Translations under genes and position numbers: made by a program
Shown: positions 57,539 through 64,000 of the stretch, piece after piece
How the letters are laid out: each line of letters begins with the position of its first letter
How positions within the stretch are numbered: the first letter of the stretch is position 1
Assembly: GCA_037439645.1 (NCBI GenBank)
Contig: JBBIVQ010000005.1
Span: forward strand, 10,368-74,367
Length of the DNA: 64,000 bases
Origin: Deltaproteobacteria bacterium
GTDB taxonomy: Bacteria > Desulfobacterota > Deferrimicrobia > Deferrimicrobiales > Deferrimicrobiaceae
Direction of reading: 5' to 3'
The notes under the pieces: generated by a model
What the model was told of the DNA's origin: nothing
Seen by the model: only the letters and a program-made list of their open reading frames with translations
Database searches by the model: none

Positions 57539-58876
57539 TCACCGGATTCCGTATGTGTTCATCTTCTCCCATAAGGTTTTCCGGCTGATCCCGAGCAGCT
57601 CCGCGGCCTTGCTTTTCACTCCTCCGGTGGCCTTCAGTATGCCGAGGATGTGGTTCTTCTCCGCGTCGGCGGCGATCCGCGACAGCAGGAGGATCTCTTC
57701 CTTCTCCCGTCCCCCCGTGATCTTGGCCGGCAGGTCCTCCGGGCCGATCAACTCCGTCGAGGCCAACGTGACGCACCGCTCGATCAGGTTTTCGAGTTCC
57801 CGGACGTTTCCGGGGTAGTCGTACCGGAGCAGCATCTCCACCGCCGCCGGAGACAGCCGGACGCTCCTTGAAAATTTTCTGCCGTACCTCTCCAGGAAGA
57901 ACTCGATGAGGCCGGGGATATCCTCCTTGCGCTCTCTCAACGGGGGAATGACGATCGGTACAACGTTGAGCCTGTAGAACAGGTCTTCCCTGAACCGGCC
58001 GTCCGCCACGCACTCTTCCAGGTTCCTGTTCGTGGCCGCGACGACCCGCACATCGACCGTCAGCGTTGCGGTTCCGCCGATCCGCTCGAACTGCCTCTCC
58101 TGGAGGACCCTGAGGATCTTCGCTTGCGTCGCGAGCCGCAGATCCCCGATCTCGTCCAGGAAAATGGTGCCTCCGTCCGCGAGTTCGAATCGCCCCGGTT
58201 TCCTTCGGATCGCCCCGGTGAACGCCCCCTTCTCGTGTCCGAAAAGCTCGCTTTCGATCAGCCCTTCCGGCAGCGTCGAGCAGTTCACTTTGATCAGCGG
58301 TTTGTCCTTCCGGGTGCTTCGATAGTGAACGGTGGTCGCGACGAGTTCCTTGCCGGTTCCGGTTTCCCCCAGGAGGAGCACCGTGGAGGTCGACGCCGAA
58401 ACCTTCGCGGCGAGGGAAAGAACCCTCTTCATCGGTGCGCTCTCGCCGATGATGGCGGGCGCCCGACGGCACGCGTCGAGGTCCTTTTGCAGGCGAAGGT
58501 TTTCCTCCTCCAGTCGCTTCATTTCCATCGCACGTTCCACGATCATCAGGAATTCGTCCAGGGCGAACGGCTTGGTGATGTAATCGAAGGCGCCCAGCTT
58601 CATCGCCTCCACGGCATCCTTGATGGTGCCGTAGGCGGTCATGACGATGACCTTCGGGGTTTCCAGTTTCGCGATTTCCCTGACGATGTCGAACCCGTCG
58701 GCGTCGGGAAGCCGCACGTCGGTCACGGCGACATCGAACGATGCGGTCCGGATGGCCTGCACCCCGCCGGCGCCGGTTTCGAACGGCATGACCTCGTACC
58801 CCGCGCCCTTGAGCGCGTCTTCCATGGTCACCCGCATGATCTTCTCGTCCTCGATGAGAAGGACCGTCCCTTTCAT
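57539..58876 (-). CDS. Sigma-54-dependent response regulator (NtrC/Fis family: REC, AAA+ sigma-54 activator, C-terminal HTH)
   Basis: Receiver domain (LLIEDE...VTDVRLPD), P-loop GETGTGKE, GAFTGA motif, and C-terminal ELLGISRKTLWEKM. ATG at 58876 overlaps the histidine kinase stop. Confidence 0.9.
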   Translation of the reverse strand: MKGTVLLIEDEKIMRVTMEDALKGAGYEVMPFETGAGGVQAIRTASFDVAVTDVRLPDADGFDIVREIAKLETPKVIVMTAYGTIKDAVEAMKLGAFDYITKPFALDEFLMIVERAMEMKRLEEENLRLQKDLDACRRAPAIIGESAPMKRVLSLAAKVSASTSTVLLLGETGTGKELVATTVHYRSTRKDKPLIKVNCSTLPEGLIESELFGHEKGAFTGAIRRKPGRFELADGGTIFLDEIGDLRLATQAKILRVLQERQFERIGGTATLTVDVRVVAATNRNLEECVADGRFREDLFYRLNVVPIVIPPLRERKEDIPGLIEFFLERYGRKFSRSVRLSPAAVEMLLRYDYPGNVRELENLIERCVTLASTELIGPEDLPAKITGGREKEEILLLSRIAADAEKNHILGILKATGGVKSKAAELLGISRKTLWEKMNTYGIR

Positions 58877-60366
58877 TGCGCCCGCTCCACGGGAAACCGC
58901 ATGATGAAGCGGCTTCCCATTCCCGCCTTGCTGTCGACGGAGATCTCGCCATCGTAGTTCCGGACGATTTCGTAGGTCAACCAGAGGCCCAGCCCCGTCC
59001 CCTCTCCGGGCGGCTTCGTGGTGAAAAACGGGTCGAAGATCCGTTTGACGTCCTCGGGGGCGATCCCGCACCCGGTATCCGAGACCTCGACGACGACCGC
59101 GGCGTCGCGTGCGGCGGCGCTCACGGTCAGGACGCCGCCCGGTTCCATGGCGTCGATGGCGTTGATGTAAAGGTTCAGCAGCATCTGCTGCAGATCATGC
59201 ATGTCCATGCGGATGCGAAGGTCCCCGGGTACTTCGTCGGCGAACGAGATGCGCCGCTTCCCGAACCGGTAATTCAGGAAGAGATGGACCTTCTCCGCCG
59301 CCTCGCGCAGATTCAGGTCCGCGGGCAGGTGATCGGCCTTCCGCGCCATCCAGAGGAGCTTGCTAACGGTGGATTCGATCCGGTCCATCCCCTCCTTGAC
59401 GAGGCCGAGGTATTTATTCCGCAAGGCCGGATCATCGCTGTCCTGCTGCAGCATCCGGAGGCAGTTGAAGATCCCTCCCAGGGGGTTGTTGATTTCGTGG
59501 GCGACCCCCGCGGCGAGAACCCCGATGGAGGCGAGCTTTTCCGACTGGACCATCTTCTCGTGGGTCTTCCTGATCTCCTCCTTCGCCTGGCGGATCCGGT
59601 CGATCATGCCGTTGAACCGCTCCGCGAGGACCGCAAGCTCGTCGCTTCCCCGTACGGGGACTTTCAGGTCGAGGGAGTCCCCGTGCGCCTTTTCCATCGT
59701 GTTCGCCAACTGGGTGATCGGACCGATAAACCTCCTGCTCAGGAGAAGGACGATCGCGAACCCGGCAACGAGCAGGACGAGCGTCAGCAGGACGATCTTT
59801 TCCACGGTGGCGAAGATCCGGTGATCGGCTTTTTCAAGTGAGATTCCGAACTTCAAGGTCCCCCATCGTTTCTTCCCGGTGGAAAGGGGGACGCCGACAT
59901 CCAGCGCGTCATGTTCTCCCCGCGAATAACGCTGCACGACCGTCCGATCGCCCTTCAGCACCTTCCGCGTCAAGGAGTCCGAGTAGGTTTTCCCGTATTC
60001 GGTGATGTCGTTGTGGGAGACGACCCGCCCGTTTTCGTCCAGGATCGCCATGTAGAGCAGGTCCAGGTCCTGCCGCGAAAAGATCTCCAGGATATAGTTG
60101 TCGAGCAGGCCGCCTTCCTCCACCAGCCCGAGTTTCTCGTAGATCAGGTCGTTGATGATCGGGATGGCGAGGGTCTCCCCGAGCAGGCGCCCCTGCTTCT
60201 CCACCTCCTCGTACAACAGGCTTTTTTCCCGATGGACCGCCAGGTAACCGAGGATGCTCATCCCGGCGACGATGGCGCACATCGTGATGACGATGAACCT
60301 GACCTGGAGGCCCTTCCGGATCGACAATCGCGGGGGACGATCTACCATTGGATCTTCGGGTGGCAT
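58873..60366 (-). CDS. Sensor histidine kinase (periplasmic sensing domain, HAMP, HisKA, HATPase_c)
   Basis: Two TM helices flank a roughly 150-aa periplasmic segment. H-box GVAHEINNPLGGI, and G-boxes DTGCGI and GTGLGL. Confidence 0.85.
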   Translation of the reverse strand: MPPEDPMVDRPPRLSIRKGLQVRFIVITMCAIVAGMSILGYLAVHREKSLLYEEVEKQGRLLGETLAIPIINDLIYEKLGLVEEGGLLDNYILEIFSRQDLDLLYMAILDENGRVVSHNDITEYGKTYSDSLTRKVLKGDRTVVQRYSRGEHDALDVGVPLSTGKKRWGTLKFGISLEKADHRIFATVEKIVLLTLVLLVAGFAIVLLLSRRFIGPITQLANTMEKAHGDSLDLKVPVRGSDELAVLAERFNGMIDRIRQAKEEIRKTHEKMVQSEKLASIGVLAAGVAHEINNPLGGIFNCLRMLQQDSDDPALRNKYLGLVKEGMDRIESTVSKLLWMARKADHLPADLNLREAAEKVHLFLNYRFGKRRISFADEVPGDLRIRMDMHDLQQMLLNLYINAIDAMEPGGVLTVSAAARDAAVVVEVSDTGCGIAPEDVKRIFDPFFTTKPPGEGTGLGLWLTYEIVRNYDGEISVDSKAGMGSRFIMRFPVERAQ

Positions 60367-62072
60367 CCTTTTCCGCAGGATTGCGGAACGGCGTTGAACA
60401 TCGTGCGGATGCCCGCGTAGTCCCCGTCCGACGCCTCGGTGAACCCTTGCCGGAGATCCTCGTCGAGGCGGCCCAGGATCGTTTTCCCCCGATCATCCGA
60501 AGGAGTGAGCGCGAGGAGGGCCTTGCGGATGTTTTCCATGACAAGGTACGGAATTCCCGGGCCGGCCACCAGCGGTCCGGTGGGGATGTCCCTGGACTCT
60601 GCCACCGTTTCGATGCCGAGCTTCGCGTATTTCCTGGCCACGGAGTCCTGGACCGCCCCCGCGTCGTACTGTCCTTTCAGGACGGCCTTGACCACCGAAT
60701 CGTGGTAATCGAAATTGGCGTACCCCTTCAAGTCGTTCAAGTGAATCCCCGAGGTCGCCAGGAGATACCGGGGGATCAGGTTGCCGGATGTCGACTTGGA
60801 GGCGGCGAAGGCGATCGTCTTCCCCTTGAGGTCGGAAAGAGGCTTTCGCGGATTGCCCGCTTTCCGGATGACCACGCTCTTGTACCGCGACGTGCCATCC
60901 GCTCCCCTGGGCTTCAGGATGCAGAGGACCCCGTACCGCGCATGGGCCTCCAGGTAGGTCAGCGGTCCCAGCAGGGCGATGTCGGTTTCCCCGGTCGCCA
61001 GGGCCGTCACCGTCTCCTCGTAGTTCTTCTTCAGCACGAGTTCGTAGGCGTAGGGGGTTTTCACGGAGAGGTAATCGAGAAGCGGCTGGTACTTCTCGTA
61101 CAGGATCCTCGGATTGTCTCTCGGGATGACGCCGACGTACACGGTGTTCCGGTCCCTCGTGGCCCGGGGTGCCGCCGAAGCGCGCGCGACCGCGCGTTCC
61201 ATCTTGCGGATGCCGTCGTAGTTGGCGTCCGGGACGTCGACGAACCCGTCGATCATCATGGCCTGGAGGATCGCCTTTCCCTTCAGCGAGTCCGAAATGG
61301 ACAGGAAGGCTTCCTTGACCTTCCGGCGGAGCTCGGGATCGATATCCCGGACCACGACCACGGGGGGTATCCCGAAAGGAGGGGAGCGCTTGACGATCTT
61401 CGTCTGGCGCGTGTACGGCGAGCCGGACTTCCGCATGTATTCGTAGACGAGGCTTTCCACCGCCGCTCCGTCCACGATCTTCTTCGCGACCATCTCGATG
61501 GACTTGTTGTGACTGTAGCTGTAAAGCACTCTCCCGAAGAACCGCTCCGGGTCGAGCCCCATCGTCTTCAGCAGGTAGGCGGGATAGATCTTGCCGGTGT
61601 TGGACTTCGGGTCCGTGAACGCGAAGCTCTTCCCCTTCAGGTCGGCGAACGTCCTCACGGAGCTGTCGTTGTGCGCGATGATGTAGGACCGATACGTGGG
61701 ACTTCCGCCCACCTTCGGTGCGACCAGGATTTCCACGCCGAACTTCTCCCGGTTCTTCACGTAGGGGGCGGAGCAGATGAACGCGATCTTGACCTCGCCG
61801 CGTTCGAGTAGCTCGTCCATCTCCTCGTACGTCCGGCGTTGGACCATCTGAACGGGGCGGTGGATCCGTTCACCGATGTAGGCGATGATCTCCTGGTAAT
61901 ACTTGACGGTGTCCACGGGCGTGACCATGGACGCCACGCCGATCCGGATCGGATCCTGCCGCGACCAGGACGGAAGGGGGGCGAGAAGCAGGGCGACGGC
62001 GACGAGTGCAGCCGTCACGGCGACCCTTCCCGGCGGCTGGGGAATACAGGCTGTCCCGGGCGATCTTCCCAT
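60342..62072 (-). CDS. Periplasmic solute-binding protein with two tandem PhnD/SsuA-like domains (likely co-sensor for the adjacent kinase)
   Basis: A signal peptide is followed by two repeats of roughly 270 aa, each with ...FAFTDPKSNTG.../...IAFAASKSTSGNL... motifs. Its stop overlaps the histidine kinase start. Confidence 0.75.
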   Translation of the reverse strand: MGRSPGTACIPQPPGRVAVTAALVAVALLLAPLPSWSRQDPIRIGVASMVTPVDTVKYYQEIIAYIGERIHRPVQMVQRRTYEEMDELLERGEVKIAFICSAPYVKNREKFGVEILVAPKVGGSPTYRSYIIAHNDSSVRTFADLKGKSFAFTDPKSNTGKIYPAYLLKTMGLDPERFFGRVLYSYSHNKSIEMVAKKIVDGAAVESLVYEYMRKSGSPYTRQTKIVKRSPPFGIPPVVVVRDIDPELRRKVKEAFLSISDSLKGKAILQAMMIDGFVDVPDANYDGIRKMERAVARASAAPRATRDRNTVYVGVIPRDNPRILYEKYQPLLDYLSVKTPYAYELVLKKNYEETVTALATGETDIALLGPLTYLEAHARYGVLCILKPRGADGTSRYKSVVIRKAGNPRKPLSDLKGKTIAFAASKSTSGNLIPRYLLATSGIHLNDLKGYANFDYHDSVVKAVLKGQYDAGAVQDSVARKYAKLGIETVAESRDIPTGPLVAGPGIPYLVMENIRKALLALTPSDDRGKTILGRLDEDLRQGFTEASDGDYAGIRTMFNAVPQSCGKGCHPKIQW

Positions 62073-62234
62073 ACGAGGATTCGATTGTACCCGCTTGACC
62101 CCGTCAAATCATTCGTTTTTCCGGACGATCCCTTTGACCATGACCGCTGCCGCCTTTTATCCTGCTTACACAAGGTCGTCATGCTGCATGCCCGACCTCG
62201 CATTCGGCGATGACCCGCCCCTGATGTCATTTTT

Positions 62235-62250
62235 CCCCACAAATGTGGGG
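62235..62250. promoter_or_regulatory. Perfect palindrome CCCCACA-AA-TGTGGGG immediately upstream of the LexA/Crp-fusion regulator gene (candidate auto-operator)
   Basis: 16-bp inverted repeat about 15 nt upstream of the ATG. The TGTG/CACA half-sites resemble CRP/FNR-type sites. Confidence 0.4.
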
Positions 62251-62264
62251 AGTATCATGCGTCC

Positions 62265-63206
62265 ATGGCCCGGCCCCCTTTCTCCGACCCGACTCCGCCC
62301 CAGCGGAGGATTCTTGACCATCTCCTGAAACGGGAATCCGAAGAAGGTACACCTCCGACCTACCGGGAGATCGCCGCCGCCCTGGGGTGGCGCGCGCCGG
62401 GGACGGTCCGGGACCACGTTCGGGCCCTTTCCCGCAAGGGGTTGCTCGTTCCATCCCGCCTGGCCCGCGGACTGCGCTTGACCGATGCGGGGAGGGAAGC
62501 GGCCAGCCGGGGCGACCGCCCCGTGCCGCTCCGGCGAGAAGCGCTCCCATCCTTCTCCGGCGAGGCCGGGGAAGCGCTCGCGGTTCTGGATCCGTATTTC
62601 CGGTCGCGCCGGTTTTCCGCCGGAACGATCCTTTGGCGCACCGGCGGCACCCCCTCCATGGTCGTTGCGATCGGGACGGGACACATCAAGGTCTACCGGA
62701 CGCTGCCGGGAGGAACCGTCGCCGCCCTGTACCTCTTCGGCCCGGGAGACCTCTTCGGGTTTCTTCCTTTCCTTGATGGCCGACCGTACCCGGCCACGGC
62801 CGAGGCGATCGACGATGTCTGCGCACGGACGATATCCCGGGAGGGACTCCTCCGGGGGCTCCGGGAAGATCCGGCCGTGGCGTTGCCGCTGTTCTCCTTC
62901 CTCGGGCGGCGCCTGCGGGAGGCGTTCGACCGGATCGAGCTCCTGTCGGCCCGCGGAGCGCTTCCCCGCGTGGCGGCGGCCCTGGCCGCCCTGCTGCAGG
63001 AGGGGAACTTGGGAACCACGACGATCGTATCTCTCCCGGCCTCTTCCGGGGAGTTCGCCCGGGTCCTCGGAATCACCCCGGAAAGTTTCTCCCGCGCCGT
63101 CACCGACCTTGCGGAAGCGGGCGTGATCCACCGCCTCGGACGGGGCCGGTTCCAGGTTCTCGACCCGGAATCCCTGCGCAACGCATCCTCCTCCACCGGC
63201 CTGTAA
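62265..63206 (+). CDS. Fusion transcription factor: LexA-type N-terminal wHTH DNA-binding domain + Crp/Fnr cNMP-binding domain + C-terminal Crp-type HTH
   Basis: N-terminus RRILDHLLKRESEEGTPPTYREIAAALGWRAPGTVRDHVRALSRKGLL is LexA-like. The middle region has a Crp beta-roll (GTILWRTGGTP...FGPGDLFGF). The C-terminus RVAAALAALLQ...SGEFARVLGITPESFSRAVTDL is Crp-type. Confidence 0.7.
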   Translation: MARPPFSDPTPPQRRILDHLLKRESEEGTPPTYREIAAALGWRAPGTVRDHVRALSRKGLLVPSRLARGLRLTDAGREAASRGDRPVPLRREALPSFSGEAGEALAVLDPYFRSRRFSAGTILWRTGGTPSMVVAIGTGHIKVYRTLPGGTVAALYLFGPGDLFGFLPFLDGRPYPATAEAIDDVCARTISREGLLRGLREDPAVALPLFSFLGRRLREAFDRIELLSARGALPRVAAALAALLQEGNLGTTTIVSLPASSGEFARVLGITPESFSRAVTDLAEAGVIHRLGRGRFQVLDPESLRNASSSTGL

Positions 63207-63304
63207 TTTTTTCCCGATAATCGACCGGTTCTTGCGTCCGATCAATGCGCGGCCGGGCCGGGATATATATTCTGATACAGGAATACGATGCCAAGGAGGA
63301 CGCC

Positions 63305-63628
63305 ATGCTTTACGCGGAACTGTTGACGTTGGGCCTCAAGTTTCACGGGCACAAGTGCCCCGCCATGCCGATGGGATTGCGTGCGGGGGTGGCCGCCATG
63401 CGTGCCTTGGGAGTCGAGCGGTCCCGGGACAAGGAACTGTACGCGGTCAGCGAAACCGGGGAAGGGCACGCGGCTGGGTCCTTCCTGGATGGGGTCATGA
63501 CCTCGACCGGGTGCACGTTCGGGAAGGGGAACATCGAGAAGCTGCGTTACCACAAGATGGCCTTCACCCTGATCGACGTCCGCAGGCAGAAGGCGGTGCG
63601 AACGTGCGGAGCGCGTTTCTGCACGTGA
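63305..63628 (+). CDS. FmdE-family (formylmethanofuran dehydrogenase subunit E-like) domain protein, apparently C-terminally truncated
   Basis: [28 protein letters not shown] matches the FmdE N-terminus. An AAGGAGG Shine-Dalgarno lies upstream. The ORF ends where CDF-transporter homology begins in another frame. Confidence 0.55.
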   Translation: MLYAELLTLGLKFHGHKCPAMPMGLRAGVAAMRALGVERSRDKELYAVSETGEGHAAGSFLDGVMTSTGCTFGKGNIEKLRYHKMAFTLIDVRRQKAVRTCGARFCT

Positions 63629-64000
63629 TCGGGGACACACTCTCCTCGGTCGGGGTCGTCGTCGGGGCGGTCGTGATGGCGTGGACCGGGTGGTACCGCG
63701 CGGACGCCGTGATCTCCGCGGGGATCGGCCTCCTGGTCCTGTGGGGGACGGGGCGGATCCTGCGGGAGGCTCTCCGCATGCTCCTCGAGGGGACGCCCCC
63801 GGGGCTCGACGCAGGCAAGGTCTCGGAAACGATCCGCGCCATCGAGGGGGTGGATCGCGTCCACCGGCTGCACCTGTGGAGCCTCTGTTCCCACATCCCC
63901 GTTCTGTCGGCCCACGTGGAAATCTCCCCATCGCACGTATGGCGGCGAGGGGAGGTGCTGGAAGCGATCCGCGCGGCCTTGCGGACGGAGTACCACATCG
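63613..64000 (+). pseudogene. Cation diffusion facilitator (CzcD/ZitB-like) C-terminal fragment lacking the N-terminal TM domain; continues past the window end
   Basis: [35 protein letters not shown]...LLEGTPPGLD...VHRLHLWSLCSHIPVLSAHVEI matches the CDF C-terminal half. There is no CDF-like sequence upstream. Confidence 0.55.

Overview
GC-rich (~68-70%) bacterial chromosome segment with strong Shine-Dalgarno usage and many 4-nt start/stop overlaps. Genes predicted on the strand antisense to these long ORFs are mostly shadow ORFs. Three blocks are visible. Block 1 (1-24 kb) is core-like: a Liv-type ABC transporter with a fused LivH/LivM permease, two tandem family III CoA-transferases, a KefB-like CPA2 antiporter, a complete sufBCDSU Fe-S assembly operon, a hybrid histidine kinase, VIT and MFS transporters, a NYN/S51-like/DJ-1 operon, and a tRNA-Arg(ACG). 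Block 2 (24.1 to at least 33.8 kb, possibly to 39.3 kb) is an accessory region starting at the tRNA 3' end, with a 20-bp copy of the tRNA 3' end 143 bp downstream. It contains an archaeal-type ATPase, a tyrosine-integrase C-terminal fragment abutting a zeta-toxin-like fragment, a two-gene cassette of unknown function next to a WYL regulator and a PRiA4_ORF3-like gene, a toxin-antitoxin graveyard (frameshifted Fic, truncated Gp49/HigB-like toxin and HTH antitoxins, intact AbiEi/AbiEii), a frameshifted MvhD/FlpD-like gene, a complete ars cluster (arsR-arsC divergent from arsD-fmdB-like-arsA-acr3), and a DUF4143 ATPase fragment. Block 3 (39.4-64 kb, mostly minus strand) holds a SNF2/SWIM helicase and a large respiratory cluster: an Rrf2 regulator, a GltD/NfnB-like Fe-S flavoprotein, a Rieske protein, cytochrome b, a hexaheme cytochrome c, and a periplasmic NarG/NxrA-like type II DMSO-reductase-family molybdoenzyme with alpha, beta, gamma and TorD-like delta subunits. 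Upstream of that sits a TtrB/TtrA-like molybdoenzyme pair behind a good sigma-54 promoter with upstream palindromes, controlled by an adjacent two-component system (tandem PhnD-like binding protein, histidine kinase, NtrC-family regulator). Further along are a LexA-DBD/Crp-Fnr fusion regulator and an FmdE-like gene fused to a CDF-transporter fragment. No CRISPR arrays or rRNA genes were found. All calls rest on reading ORF translations and DNA motifs by eye; no database searches were run.
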